Assembly: GCA_963695095.1 (NCBI GenBank)
Contig: CAVOFT010000001.1
Location: forward strand, 320,001-384,000
From: an uncultured bacterium
GTDB lineage: Bacteria; Krumholzibacteriota; Krumholzibacteriia; JACNKJ01
DNA: 64,000 nucleotides
Direction of reading: 5' to 3'
The notes beneath the pieces are model-generated. The model was not told where the DNA came from and made no database searches. It saw only the letters and a list, made by a program, of their open reading frames with translations. Shown piece by piece: positions 19,705 to 35,965 of the stretch. Numbering within the stretch: the stretch's first letter is position 1; the number at the start of each line of letters is the position of its first letter. The position numbers were made by a program, and so were the translations under genes.

Positions 19705-21846
19705 GTGGTGAAACGGGCAATCGCGTTCATGTTTCTTGCTCTCGCCCTGGGTACTACGGTTGCTTCTTCGGCATCAGCAGGCGAGGTCCCCATTGTGTTC
19801 GTCAGGTTCCACGAAGGTACGATTGCCGATCCCGGCCCCGGTAGCATGGACACCGTCTGGGTGCTGGAGGACTTCGACCTGCAATACCAGCAACTCCTCG
19901 GGCGAGCGGAAGCGGCGGGTGTGACCGGCCTTCGGCCGATTGGTATCGCTTGGCGACACTTGGATTTGGAATCGCACCCACGGATGATCGACTTCTCGAC
20001 AGTGTACGCCGCGCAGCTCGGACCGCTCGCCGATCCGCTACATGTTGCCGAGGTTCTCACCTCCTTTGAGGAGGTAGTGTACGCGGAGGTGCCTGGCCAA
20101 GGCACGCTCTTTGACGACAGGTACACCAGTGACCAATGGTGGATGGAGAACACCGGGCAGACGACAGAGAACTGCCCCCCACTGGGCGTCTACTACTGCA
20201 CCGATGGCCTAGACCCGAACATCCCTGACGCGTGGGCGATCGCCGACTCGAGTGACGCACTAGTTGGTATTCTCGATTCGGGAGTCTACACGGGCGGAGA
20301 TGGCACTCCCGATAATGGGGATCTCTCAGGCACCTACAATAGCCTCGTGTCCCGTGATTTCACGGGCTACGGGATGGACGACAACAACAGCATCCACCAC
20401 GGTACGAAAGTCGCCGGGATTGTCGCGGGGAGTGGGGAAAACTTCACGGACTATCAGGGGGTGGTTGGCTTCACATCTCCGAGCGGCTGGGATCCCTTGG
20501 TGATGTACAGGATTGGGACGATGTCCGATATCTCTGAGGAATACGCGATCGATGCGCTTGACTTCGTCTGCAACGCCGATTCCGTGGCCTACGGCAAGGT
20601 GAGAGTGCTGACGTGCTCTTGGGGCATCGAGGACCCGAGCACCACGTTTTCGGAAGCATTGTCGAACGCCTATGAGGCAGGCCTGGTGATTATGGCCGCG
20701 TCCGGCAATGAGCCTGGCATGGTGAATTGGCCCTACCCCGCAGCGAACATCGACTTCACTCAAGCCGTTGCTCATGTTCTCTGCGACTCAACCCGACTCA
20801 ACTACTATCAAGGGAACTTCATTGATGTTACCGCTCCCGGGGGGGGCCACATCGAAACGACGGAGTATGACAGCGGCACCGACAGGTGCTTCGGAGGTAC
20901 TTCGGCGGCCTCGCCGATTGCGGCTGGAGTGGCCTCGCTGATTCTCGCGCGCTGCCCGGATCTCACAAACGACGATGTCTATGCGATCATGCGATCCACA
21001 GCACAGGACATTGGGGCAAGTGGGTACGATGTTCTCTACGGATCGGGGCTTGTTCGGGCTGACGACGCCCTCACCTTACTTGACGCAGCGGATTGCGATG
21101 TTCACGTGTCGTCGGTCTCGAAAGGCAGCGTAACGTACGTGGACTCCACGACAATAGTGCTCTCCAACATCCCAGGCATGCAAGGCCTGGGGAGGACAAG
21201 TTGGGCAAAGGTCTACAAGGTGGATGGGACGGCCACGATCACGCCCGGCCAGGACAAGGAAGTAGCCGCGTTTTGGACGCGGAATCGGTCCTGTGAGACT
21301 GTTCGCGGCCCGGCGGACTTGTACCGCCTGGATTACGATGAGTACTGGCCGCTGTATCCCTACTTCGACGGAGCCCGGCTGGGCACATGGGCCACCATCG
21401 AGCATAGCTCTGGGACATCGTATACGGTCTACGGGTTTGTGTACCACGTCTACGACGACAGCAGCCAGGGGACGGACTTTGGCTGGTACCCGTTCAATCC
21501 GAATCTCCCAAGCCAGAGTCCTCCGTTTTCCGTGGCCTACCTGGAGGTGGACGCTGCGAAGCGCCCGCCGGCAAAGGATTCCGACCTAGGCGGAGCGCCT
21601 CATGTGCACATGACGAGCTCGATCCTTACGCTCAGCCTTGCCAAGCCTTCGACGGTCGAGATCTCGGTGTACGATGTGGCGGGCCGTTTGGCAGCGGATC
21701 TCGGGAGAGTGCGCCTCAGCGCTGGCCAGCACAGACTAAACATCGCAGCGCAGCTTAGCGACAGGTCCGTCAGCTCTGGTGTGTACTTTGCGCGAGTAGC
21801 TATAGCCGACGCCATCTACAGCGGCAAGATTGTGGTTCTGCGGTGA
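19705..21846 (+). CDS. Secreted S8 (subtilisin-like) serine protease with C-terminal T9SS/FlgD-like domain
   Basis: Catalytic triad ILDSG, HHGTKVAG, GTSAASP; oxyanion ASGN; signal peptide; VYDVAGR...SGVYFAR. Confidence 0.9.
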   Translation: MVKRAIAFMFLALALGTTVASSASAGEVPIVFVRFHEGTIADPGPGSMDTVWVLEDFDLQYQQLLGRAEAAGVTGLRPIGIAWRHLDLESHPRMIDFSTVYAAQLGPLADPLHVAEVLTSFEEVVYAEVPGQGTLFDDRYTSDQWWMENTGQTTENCPPLGVYYCTDGLDPNIPDAWAIADSSDALVGILDSGVYTGGDGTPDNGDLSGTYNSLVSRDFTGYGMDDNNSIHHGTKVAGIVAGSGENFTDYQGVVGFTSPSGWDPLVMYRIGTMSDISEEYAIDALDFVCNADSVAYGKVRVLTCSWGIEDPSTTFSEALSNAYEAGLVIMAASGNEPGMVNWPYPAANIDFTQAVAHVLCDSTRLNYYQGNFIDVTAPGGGHIETTEYDSGTDRCFGGTSAASPIAAGVASLILARCPDLTNDDVYAIMRSTAQDIGASGYDVLYGSGLVRADDALTLLDAADCDVHVSSVSKGSVTYVDSTTIVLSNIPGMQGLGRTSWAKVYKVDGTATITPGQDKEVAAFWTRNRSCETVRGPADLYRLDYDEYWPLYPYFDGARLGTWATIEHSSGTSYTVYGFVYHVYDDSSQGTDFGWYPFNPNLPSQSPPFSVAYLEVDAAKRPPAKDSDLGGAPHVHMTSSILTLSLAKPSTVEISVYDVAGRLAADLGRVRLSAGQHRLNIAAQLSDRSVSSGVYFARVAIADAIYSGKIVVLR

Positions 21847-21907
21847 GATCGGGAGGCATAGCCCGACTGGCGACTGAGTTCGCGACCGTGGAGGCTGGAT
21901 TGCCGGT

Positions 21908-21936
21908 AGCAGCCCGGGAACCGCGCCCGGGCTGCT
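21908..21936 (+). terminator. Hairpin between the S8 and BNR genes
   Basis: 11-bp stem agcagcccggg/cccgggctgct with 7-nt loop; weak U-tract. Confidence 0.45.
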
Positions 21937-22035
21937 TCCCATCACGCGCCAGTTGGGATGACCTACAGCAGGCAAGCTCAACCAGCGACCCTTCAACGGA
22001 TGCCAAGGAAGGCGGTCATTGCAGAGGAGCGATAC

Positions 22036-23403
22036 ATGAGAAGGAGAAGTCTAGCCGCGTTCGTGACGGCCTGGCTCATCACCCCAATCTCGGTTTCAAT
22101 TGTCTGCCACGCTACTGAATGGGAGCACTTAGGATCTATACCCTACGGCGCGGCCGTGAAGTCTCTTGTGGTGGACCCCGCGCATCGACGGGTTCTGTTA
22201 GGGACTGCCCTAGGGTACAGAGTCCTCGAGATTGATAGCGGCACATGGATCGAGCGCCAGACCTCAGATACCATGGGCAACTACAAAGTCTTTTGCTTCT
22301 TGCCTTCCGATGACGACTCGTTAGCTCTGCTTACGGGGCGCGAAGATTCAGGCTGGTACGGGTACATCATGGATAACAGCGGCCTGACGACGCTCGGGCC
22401 AATCGTACTGGCGGGATGGGACCCGCCTGGGGGATGGAGCCCGATCGGGGCCATCTACGGACTCGGCCGTCTGCCAGGAGTATCGGCTACGCTCTTCGCC
22501 TGCTCGGCGCTGTTTTCGGCGGGTATGGTGCTTCGATCTGCCGATGGCGGGGTGACATGGGATTTAGTTCACGGGCTTATCAACGCAAGCGGAAAGGACT
22601 TGGATGTTACCCCAGATGGCGAGGTTCTCGTCGGCTATGGCGCGGTAGGCGCTCCGTATGCCAATCATGGGATCGTACGGAGCGTGGATGGCGGAGATAC
22701 CTGGGAGGAGATCGCAGGTGACATGCCTTGTGCTGCGTACATTGGGGACGTCGAGATCGATCACGCCGACCCTCAGCACATCTATGCCCGGCAGGGCGGC
22801 ATCTGGGAGCCCGAGGATCCGGCGCTCGGCGTCTACGAAACACTGGATGGGGGACAGCACTGGACCCAGATCCTCCAGGCGAACTGCATGGATCTGAGCA
22901 TGCATCCTTACGATGCTCGGATACTCGTCGAGATCGAGAACGGAACGGTTCGGCTCACGAGAGACTCTGGAGAATCCTGGGAAGACATTAAGGGAAACCT
23001 ACCCGCAGTCGGCGGCGCGAGTCGCTGCGCGATCTCTTCGACGGACGAGCGCATCTACATCGCAGGATCCACTGGGGTGTGGGCGATGAGTTTGTACCCG
23101 ACGGCTGTGGACATGATGCCCGCCATTGGTAGCGGTCCGATTGCATACCCGAATCCCTTCAACCCAAAGACCATCCTAGCATTCTCGCTGAGCCGTTCGG
23201 CTAGCGCGACCATGGAGATCCTCGATGTACAGGGTCGCCTCGTGCGCAGGCTGCTCGAGGGGGGCGTTAGGCCCGTCGGGGCGCAGTCCGTGTCCTGGGA
23301 CGGCAAGGATGATTCGGGGCAGATGGCTTCCAGCGGCTTGTACTTGGCCCGGCTGAGAGCGGGAAGTGAGAGCTCGACCAGCAAGCTGCTGTTCCTGAAG
23401 TGA
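22036..23403 (+). CDS. Secreted BNR/Asp-box beta-propeller with FlgD-Ig C-terminal domain
   Basis: RSADGGVTW, RSVDGGDTW, TLDGGQHW; YPNPFNP...WDGKDDSG...SGLYLARL. Confidence 0.85.
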   Translation: MRRRSLAAFVTAWLITPISVSIVCHATEWEHLGSIPYGAAVKSLVVDPAHRRVLLGTALGYRVLEIDSGTWIERQTSDTMGNYKVFCFLPSDDDSLALLTGREDSGWYGYIMDNSGLTTLGPIVLAGWDPPGGWSPIGAIYGLGRLPGVSATLFACSALFSAGMVLRSADGGVTWDLVHGLINASGKDLDVTPDGEVLVGYGAVGAPYANHGIVRSVDGGDTWEEIAGDMPCAAYIGDVEIDHADPQHIYARQGGIWEPEDPALGVYETLDGGQHWTQILQANCMDLSMHPYDARILVEIENGTVRLTRDSGESWEDIKGNLPAVGGASRCAISSTDERIYIAGSTGVWAMSLYPTAVDMMPAIGSGPIAYPNPFNPKTILAFSLSRSASATMEILDVQGRLVRRLLEGGVRPVGAQSVSWDGKDDSGQMASSGLYLARLRAGSESSTSKLLFLK

Positions 23404-23436
23404 ACCCAAGCTGACGGCAGCCTGAAGCCGCCTCCC

Positions 23437-23465
23437 AAGCCCGGACCGACTGACGGACCGGGCTT
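23437..23465 (+). terminator. Hairpin after the BNR gene
   Basis: aagcccgg/ccgggctt stem. Confidence 0.45.
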
Positions 23466-23600
23466 CTGCATTGTGAGGAGCGCAGCCGGCATGCGCCAGC
23501 GTGACGGATCTTCCCCATGCAAAGGACTTCAGGCAGGGCGCTTCCCGCCTTGACGCCCGCGCGCCGCGGCGCTTGAATGGTCTGTTCAAGGGGGGTGGGC

Positions 23601-24425
23601 ATGAGCTGGATCAAGGACTACCGCCTGGTGGCCGACCTCGACGAGGCCGTGGAGCTGCTCGCCCGCGCGGACGAGGGCTGGGCGGTGCTGGGCGGCGGCA
23701 GCCGGCTCGTAGCGCAGCGTCCGGCCACCGTCGAGCGCCTGGTGGACCTGCTGCCCCTCGGCCTGGACCGCATCGAATCGCTCGCCGAGGGCGGCCTGCG
23801 CCTGGGCGCCCGCGTCCGCCTGCAGACCCTGGTCGATCGCGCGGACTGCGACGGCCTGCTGCGCCACGCCTCTCTCTCCCTCGGCCACTCCGTGAACCTG
23901 CGCAACCAGATGACCCTGGCCGGCGAGACCGCCTGGCCGCTGGTCCTCAGCGAACTGCAGACGGCCTTGCTCGCTCTCGACGCGCGCATCCTGCGCCACG
24001 GCCTGCCGGCGGCGCCTGCGCTCGACTACTTCGCCGGCGCCGAGCGCGAGGGCGTGATCACGGCCATCGAGCTGCCGGGGGCCGCGGACTGGCGCTTCGG
24101 CTTTCACGCCGTGCGGGCGGCGACGGCGGCGCGGCCCCAGCTCGTGCTGGCCGCCGGCGCGCGCCTCGCGGGCGGGGCCATCGCCGAGTGCCGCCTGGCC
24201 TACGGCCGCCTGGGCGAGCGCCCGCAGCGGGCTCGCGGACTGGAGGCGCGCCTGATCGGGGCGCCGCCCCTGCCGCTCGGCCTGGGCCTGCTCTCCGGAA
24301 TGGATCGCGAGGGCCTCGCTCTCTACAGCGAGCCCGGCCTCGCCGATGAGGCCAAGTGGACCTGGGCCGCGGCCCTCGCCGACGAGTTCCTCGCCGCGCT
24401 GGGCGCGGCGGGACCCGGCGCATGA
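23601..24425 (+). CDS. Molybdopterin dehydrogenase FAD-binding subunit (YgfM-like)
   Basis: LGGGSRL, LRNQMTLAGE, LLALDA; coupled to an XdhD-like gene. Confidence 0.75.
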   Translation: MSWIKDYRLVADLDEAVELLARADEGWAVLGGGSRLVAQRPATVERLVDLLPLGLDRIESLAEGGLRLGARVRLQTLVDRADCDGLLRHASLSLGHSVNLRNQMTLAGETAWPLVLSELQTALLALDARILRHGLPAAPALDYFAGAEREGVITAIELPGAADWRFGFHAVRAATAARPQLVLAAGARLAGGAIAECRLAYGRLGERPQRARGLEARLIGAPPLPLGLGLLSGMDREGLALYSEPGLADEAKWTWAAALADEFLAALGAAGPGA

Positions 24426-27333
24426 GCGCGGAGTCGAGCATGAGCCCGGCGGCCGAGCGCGAGCTGGCCTTCACGCTCAACGGCCGCGCCCTGAAGCTGC
24501 GCCGTCGCGCCGGGCGCCACCCTGCTCGAGCTACTGCGCGAGCAGGGCTGCGCCTCCGTGAAGTTCTCCGATGAGCGGGGCGAGGGCGGCGCCGACACCG
24601 TGCTCGTCGACGGCGCGCCCATGAGCGCCGCCACGCTGCTCGCCCTCCAGGTCGCCGGCCGCCATGTGGAAACCCTCGAGGGCCTGCGCGATGACCCCTG
24701 GCTGGCGGCCCTCGCCGAGCGCTTCCTCGCCGAAGGCGCCGTGCAGTGCGGCTACTGCACGCCGGCCTTCCTACTCCAGCTCGAGGCCCTGCGGCGCCGC
24801 AACCCGGCGCCGGACGAAGCGGCGATTCGCGAGGCGCTCACGCCGGTCTTCTGCCGCTGCACGGGCATGGTCAAGCCCCTGCGCGCGGCGATGGTCGCCT
24901 TCGGGCTCGCCGCGCCTCGCGAAGCCGAAGGCGGCGCGCGCGCCGCGGTGCTGAGCGATGAAGCGCCCCTGCGCGTGCTGGGCCGCGACGCCCGGCGCGT
25001 GGACGGCCGCGCGCTGGTGCGCGGCGAAGGCGTCTTCGCCGGCGACCTCATGCCCCCGGGGGCGCTCACGCTCAAGATCCTCGCCAGCCCGCACGCCCAC
25101 GCCCGCCTGCGCGGCAATCGACATCAGCGCTGCGCTGTGGCATTCCAGGTGTAGTCGACATCGCCACCTGGCGCGAGCTGCCGCGCATCGCCTACACCAC
25201 GGCCGGCCAGGGCTTTCCCGAGCCCAGCCCCTACGACTGCTACTTGCTCGACGACAAGGTCCGCCACGTGGGGGACAAGGTGGCGCTGGTGGTGGCCGAG
25301 AGCGCGGCCGCCGCCGAGGCCGCCTGCGCGGCGGTGAGCGTCGACTACGAAGTGCTTCCCCACATTCTCGACGAGCGCGACGCGCAGAAGGACGGGCGCG
25401 CCCGTCATCCACGACGAGCCGCGCCCGGACGATCCCCAGGCCGACCTCCTCTTCTGGCCCGCCGAGCCCGCCCGCAACGTGGCCGCGCGCACCGAGGTGG
25501 AACTCGGCGATCTCGAGGCGGGCTTCGCTGCCGCGACGCAGGTGGTGGAGCACGAGTACCGCACGCACCAGGTGCAGCAGTGCTCGCTGGAGCCCCACGT
25601 CTGCTCGAGCTGGCTGGGATCCGGACGGGCGCCTCACGATTCGCACCAGCACGCAGGTACCCTTCCATGTACGGCGTGTCATTGCTCGTCTTCTTGGTCT
25701 CCCCGTGAGCCAAGTCCGCGTGATCAAGACCCGCGTGGGCGGCGGCTTCGGCGGCAAGCAGGAAATCCTCGGCGAGGAGCTGGTGGCCCTGATGACGCAG
25801 CGCACGGGCCGCCCCGTGCGCCTGGAGCTCACGCGCGCCGAGGAGCTGCGCTTCGCGCGCAGCCGCCACCCGGCGCGCATCCGCTACAGGGCCGGCTTCG
25901 ACGCCGCCCGCAAGCTCACGGCCATGGAAATGGACATCCTCGAGAACACCGGCGCCAACGGCGCCCACGCGCTCACGGTGATGAGCGTCTGCGCGAACAA
26001 GGGCCTCAGCCTCTACCCGGCGCCCGCCGTGCGGCACCGGGGCACGGCCGTCTACACGAACCGGCCGCCGGCCGGCGCCTTCCGCGGCTACGGCTCGCCG
26101 CAGGCCTTCTTCGCCCTGGAGTCCTTCATGGACGAGGCCGCCCGCGCCCTCGGCGCCGACCCCTTGCAGCTGCGCCTGGACAACCTGCTGCGCCTGGGCG
26201 AGCCCATGGAGATCGCCGCCAAGCTCGGCGAGGGCCGCGAGGGCACGCTCTCGCGCCTGACCAGCGGCGCCGCGGCGGCCTGTCTCGCCGCGGGCGCCGA
26301 GGCCATCGGCTGGACGACGGCCCCGCGCGGCTGCCCGCCGCCCGGCGCGCCGGCGGGTTCGCCGCTGCGCCGCGGGCTGGGCTTCGCGCTCGTCATGCAG
26401 GGCTCGGGGATTCCCGGCATCGACATGGCCGGCGCCTTCCTCAAGATGAACGAGGACGGCGGCTTCAACCTGCTGGTGGGCGCGGCCGACATCGGCACCG
26501 GCAGCGACACCGTGCTCGCCCAGATCGCCGCCGAGGTGCTGGGCGTGACGCCGGCGGCGATCATCGTCAGCTCGGGCGACACGGACCACACGCCCTTCGA
26601 CCCCGGCGCCTACGCCAGCAGCACCACCTACATCAGCGGCGGCGCGGTGAAGAAGGCCGCCGAGACGCTGCGCGCGCGCATCCTCGACTACGCGGCGCTG
26701 CTGCTCGGCGCCGAGGCGTCCAGCCTGCGCCTGGCCGCTGCGAGCGAGGGCGGCGAGCCCGCCGTGCTCGCGCCCGACGGCCGCCGCCTCGGCTTCAGTG
26801 AGATCGGCACGAAGAGCCTCTACACCGATCACCAGCGCCAGCTGATGGCCACGGCCAGCCACCTCTCGCCCGATTCGCCGCCGCCCTTCGCCGCCCAGTT
26901 CGCCGAGATCGAGGTGAACCTGGCCACGGGGGCGATCCGCGCCCTGCGCTTCGTCACCGCGGTGGACGCCGGCCGGGTGCTCAACCCGGCCATGGCCGAG
27001 GGCCAGGTGGAGGGCGCGGTGGCGCAGGGCCTCGGCATGGCCCTCGTCGAGGCCATGCACTTCGACGCCGCGGGCCGCCCTCTCGCCACGAGCTTTCGCG
27101 AGCACGGCTTCCTCGCGCCGGCCGACCTGCCCGTGCAGCAGGTCATCTTCGTCGAGGACCACGAGCCCACGGGGCCCTTCGGCGCCAAGGCCATCGCCGA
27201 GATCTGCATCAACGGCCCCGCGCCCGCGGTGGCCAACGCCCTGGCGGACGCCGCGGGCATCCGCCTGCGCGAAACCCCGCTCAGCCCCGATCGGGTACTG
27301 GCCGCCCTGCGCCTGGGGCAACCCCGCCGCTGA
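24422..27333 (+). CDS. Fused Fe-S/molybdopterin subunit, xanthine dehydrogenase family (XdhD/YgfN-like); about 5 frameshifts between 24505 and 25620
   Basis: QCGYC/CRCTG, SPHAHA, STQVPF, GGGFGGKQE, GAFRGYG, GAYASSTT, GQVEGA, FGAKAIAEI spread over several frames. Confidence 0.85.
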
Positions 27334-27593
27334 AGCCGAAAACTGGCCCAGCCTCTGCTTATCCCCCTCCGGCAGGTCTGCCCGCCGGCCCGGGGCCGGT
27401 GGGGCCGATCCCGTAAACGACGACTATGTAAGTAAATACGCGATCCATCCGGGTAGCGGCAGCTGCCGCGAGGGCCCGGGCGACCGGCTCGGCAGGCCGC
27501 AGGTGGCAAGACTTGCAGCACCTGCGCACGACCGGCGGCGATCGTGAATTCAGGATGGGGCCGCCCCTGGGCGGCCAGCCGAAGGAGCCCTGC

Positions 27594-30500
27594 ATGGCGG
27601 GCAAGCACAAGCAAGAGCGCCACGGCGGCTGGAAGCAGGCGATGCCCCGCTTCTTCAGCATCTTCCTCGGCAGCGCGCTGCTGGTTCTGGCCATCGGCGT
27701 GCTGCTCTTCGCCGCCGAACGCGAGCGGCGCCTGACCGGCCTGGCCGGCCAGGAGGAATCCCGACTGCGCCTGCAGGCGGCCTACAGCGAGCAGCAGCTG
27801 CAGCAGGCGGCCACCGAGTTGCTGGCGCTGGGGCGCAACGAGACCCTGCAAAGGGCCGGCGAGCTGGGCGTGGGCGATGGCCCCGGTCAGCTCGATCGCC
27901 AGCAGGCCCTCGCCCTCGCGCGCGATCTCGAGCGCTTCGCCGGGGTCAAGGACGCCTGCGCGGAGCTCGCCCTCTACGGCCGCAAGGGCCGTGAGCTGAT
28001 GCACCTGGAGCTCGGCGGGGGCGAGCCGGTGGCGGTCTTCCCGGATTCCGGCGCCGTCGGCCGACGCCGCAGCCCCGTGGATCTGGACGAGCTGCCGGCG
28101 GGGCAGGTCCGCTTCTGGCAAGCCGAGGGCGGCGAGCCGCGCCTGCTCCTGGCCACCGGCGTGCGCGAGGGCGGGCGCCTCGTGGGCAGCCTCGTCCTCG
28201 GCCTGCGCCCCGAGTCCTTGCTCGGCAAGACCGCCGAGCAGGGCGGCAGCGACATGGCCGATCTGCGCATCCTCGACCGCCGCGGCCGCAGCCTGCTGGC
28301 GGTCGCCTCGGGCGAGCTGTCCAGCCGGGCCTTCGATCCCAGTCAGGCCGCCCCGGAGCTCTGGAGCCGGATCCACAGCAGCGCGGAGGGACAGCAGCAG
28401 GACGGCACGGGGCTCACCAGCTACCGCACCCTGGATCTGGCGCGCCCGCTCGTGGAGCTGACGGGCGAGAGCGCTCCCGGCGGCCTCAAGGTGGTGGCCC
28501 ACGTGACCGACGCCCAGGTCAGCGCGGCGATGCGCGCCTGGATCGCCGGCCTCGCCGCCTACTACCTCGTCGCGCTGTTCATCATCGCCATCGGCGCGGG
28601 CCTGCTCGCCTTCTGGCACCTGATGCCCTGGTCGCAGGGCGAGGAGGTCGAGAGCGGCCGCGAGCGCCACGAGCGCTACCTCGAGGACAGCCGCGATCTC
28701 GTCATCACCGCCGAGATCGACGAGGACGCCACCGGCACCGCCAAGCTGATCGCCATGAACCGGGCGGCCATGGAGCTTCTCGGTTTCGACGCCGCCGAGA
28801 TCGCCCAGATGAGCCTGAGCGAGATCATTCAGCCCGACTCGCTGGAGGCCCTGCGCCGGCATCTCGGCGCCGCGCGCAGCGGCCGCGCCCACTCCGTGGA
28901 CCTGGAGATGGTCAGCCGCAGCGGCAAGGTCCTCAGCGTCGAGCTGCACTTCCAGCGCGCCGTCTCGGCCGACGGCGAGAGCAGCGTGTTGCGCGGCACC
29001 GGCCGCGATGTCAGCCAGCGCAAGCGCCTCGAGAAATCCGTGATCGAGCTCGAGCAGCTCATGGACATGCAGACGGCGGCCATCGGCGCCCTGCAGGAGT
29101 CCGACAATGTCGAGGCTGCCCTGACGACGGTGCTGGGCCGCACCGAACTCGAGAGCTCGGGCTGGGTCGCCCTCTACGCCACCATGGACGCCCAGCGGCC
29201 GCTGGAGCGGGTGGCCCACCGCGTGCTCGACAGCAAGGACAAGCAGGCCGGGGTGCTCGTCGATAGCCTGCCGGCGACCCTACCCGAGAGCTTCCGCCCC
29301 ATCGCCACCGGCGAGCGGCCCTTCCGCATCGACCTCAAGGCCGCGGGCGAGCCGCCCTTCGGCGTGCCGCTGCCTGCCCTGCATGCGGCCTGCTGGCTCT
29401 TCCCGCTCGGCCGCGCCGCCGGGGTGACGGGCGCCCTGCTCGTCTTCACGCGGAGCGAGGCCGAGTGGTCCACCCGCCGTCAGGACGCCCTGCGCCAGAT
29501 CGCCGGCGCCTGCGGGCAGAGCCTGGCGCACCGCCGCCTCAGCGCGGGGCTGGCGGCCGAACATGCGGCCCTGGAGACCTCCCGGGGCGAGACGGCGAAG
29601 GCCGAGGACACGCTGCCCACCTTCCTCACCCGCGTCGCCGACCGCCTGCGCCTGCCGGCGCGGCGCCTGGTCGACGAGGCGAACCGCGCCCTCGAGTCCC
29701 CCGGCGCCGAGCGCGCCGGTCTCGAGGGAGCGGCCCGGAACGCCCGCGGCCTGCTGCGCAGCATCGAGGAGATCCTCAGCTACGCCGAGCTGGAGGCCGG
29801 CCGCCTCGAGGTTGCCCAGACCGAATTCGTCTGGCGCGATCTCGTCCGCGAGGCCCTGGACGCGATGGCAGAAGCCGCCATGCGCCGCGGGCTCACCCTG
29901 CGCGCCGAGATCGAGAAGCAGATTCCGCCGCGCCTCATCGGCGACGCGCCGCGCGTGCGCCAGGTGCTCGACCAGCTGCTCGGCAACGCGCTGCGCTTCA
30001 CCGAAAAGGGCGAGGTGGTGCTCAAGGTGCAGCTCGCCCGCGAGACGGCCCAGGGCGTCTCCATCCACTTCACGGTGCACGACACCGGCAGCGGCATTCC
30101 CGACGAGCAGCAGAACAGCCTCTTTGCGCCCTTTGGCCAGGAGGGTGTCGCCGCCTCGCGGAGGCACCGCAACGGCGGGCTCGGCCTCAGCCTCGCCTCG
30201 CGCCTGGTGCGCGCTCTGGGTGGGACGATGTGGATGCAGAGCGTGCCCGGCCAGGGGAGCAACTTCCACTTCACCTGCCCCTTCGGCTTGCCGTCCGGGC
30301 AGGAGAAGCCGCGTTACGGCGCCAAGGAGACCCCGGCCACGCCGTCGCCCGCTACCGTCGGCGGGGCGCCGGTGCACGTCGCGCCGCCGCCCAGCCTGCG
30401 CGTGCTCCTGGCCGAGGAGAGCGAGTCCAGCCGGACCCGCCTCAGCGCCCTGCTCAGCGCTCAGGGCCACCGCGTCCAGGCGGCCGACTCGGCGATCCAG

Positions 30501-31169
30501 GCCATCGAGCTGCTGGCCCAGCAGGACTTCGACGCGGTGTTCATGAGCGTCCAGATGCGCGACATGGACGGCCTCACCGCCACGCGCGCCATTCGGGACT
30601 ATGAAAAGGAGGGCGGGGTTCGCCTGCCGGTGGTGGCGATGTCGGCCGAGGCGATGGCGGGCGATCGCGCCCGCTGCGAGGCGGCGGGCATGGATCACTA
30701 CCTGAGCAAGCCCATCGATGAGAAGGAGCTCCTGGGGCTGGTCGCCCGCCTGGCCCAGGGGATGACGCAGTACGCGGCCGCCGCCTCCGGGCCCGGCGCC
30801 GACAGAAGGGATGTCAACATGCACGTCGACATGGATCTGAGTGTGTTCGATCGCGCGGCGGCGCTGGACCGGGTGGGCGGCGACCTCGAGCTGCTCATCG
30901 AGCTGGCGGGGATGTTCATGGAGGACTGTCCCCAGCTCCTGGCCGAGATCGAGGGTGCCCTGCGCAATGGCGACAGCGATGCCCTGCAGGCGAGCGCGCA
31001 CACGCTCAAGGGCGCGGTGGGCAACTTCTCGGCGCAGAACGCCTACGACGCGGCCTACGCCCTCGAGCAGATCGGCCGCAGCGGCGATCTCAGCGAGGCC
31101 GTGGCGGCCTACCGGGTGCTCAAGCAGGAGCTCGAGCGCCTGCAGCCCATGCTCGGGGCCCTGGTCTAG
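27594..31169 (+). CDS. Membrane hybrid kinase-like protein (periplasmic sensor-PAS-GAF-like-degenerate HisKA-HATPase-pseudo-receiver-Hpt)
   Basis: H-box reads [12 protein letters not shown] (no His); receiver reads VFMSVQM (Asp to Ser); Hpt AHTLKGA intact. Confidence 0.85.
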   Translation: MAGKHKQERHGGWKQAMPRFFSIFLGSALLVLAIGVLLFAAERERRLTGLAGQEESRLRLQAAYSEQQLQQAATELLALGRNETLQRAGELGVGDGPGQLDRQQALALARDLERFAGVKDACAELALYGRKGRELMHLELGGGEPVAVFPDSGAVGRRRSPVDLDELPAGQVRFWQAEGGEPRLLLATGVREGGRLVGSLVLGLRPESLLGKTAEQGGSDMADLRILDRRGRSLLAVASGELSSRAFDPSQAAPELWSRIHSSAEGQQQDGTGLTSYRTLDLARPLVELTGESAPGGLKVVAHVTDAQVSAAMRAWIAGLAAYYLVALFIIAIGAGLLAFWHLMPWSQGEEVESGRERHERYLEDSRDLVITAEIDEDATGTAKLIAMNRAAMELLGFDAAEIAQMSLSEIIQPDSLEALRRHLGAARSGRAHSVDLEMVSRSGKVLSVELHFQRAVSADGESSVLRGTGRDVSQRKRLEKSVIELEQLMDMQTAAIGALQESDNVEAALTTVLGRTELESSGWVALYATMDAQRPLERVAHRVLDSKDKQAGVLVDSLPATLPESFRPIATGERPFRIDLKAAGEPPFGVPLPALHAACWLFPLGRAAGVTGALLVFTRSEAEWSTRRQDALRQIAGACGQSLAHRRLSAGLAAEHAALETSRGETAKAEDTLPTFLTRVADRLRLPARRLVDEANRALESPGAERAGLEGAARNARGLLRSIEEILSYAELEAGRLEVAQTEFVWRDLVREALDAMAEAAMRRGLTLRAEIEKQIPPRLIGDAPRVRQVLDQLLGNALRFTEKGEVVLKVQLARETAQGVSIHFTVHDTGSGIPDEQQNSLFAPFGQEGVAASRRHRNGGLGLSLASRLVRALGGTMWMQSVPGQGSNFHFTCPFGLPSGQEKPRYGAKETPATPSPATVGGAPVHVAPPPSLRVLLAEESESSRTRLSALLSAQGHRVQAADSAIQAIELLAQQDFDAVFMSVQMRDMDGLTATRAIRDYEKEGGVRLPVVAMSAEAMAGDRARCEAAGMDHYLSKPIDEKELLGLVARLAQGMTQYAAAASGPGADRRDVNMHVDMDLSVFDRAAALDRVGGDLELLIELAGMFMEDCPQLLAEIEGALRNGDSDALQASAHTLKGAVGNFSAQNAYDAAYALEQIGRSGDLSEAVAAYRVLKQELERLQPMLGALV

Positions 31170-31183
31170 GCAACGGTGCGCAC

Positions 31184-33433
<2,250 letters not shown>

Positions 33434-33437
33434 GCGC

Positions 33438-35927
<2,490 letters not shown>

Positions 35928-35965
35928 GACCCTGCGCGCGGCCCCCCGCGGCCGGCGAGGTGTGC

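Noticed and set aside
24500..25620. Programmed frameshifting or selenocysteine recoding in the xdhD-like gene
   Set aside because: Too many breaks, no slippery heptamers and no in-frame TGA at a catalytic position; sequencing error is simpler.
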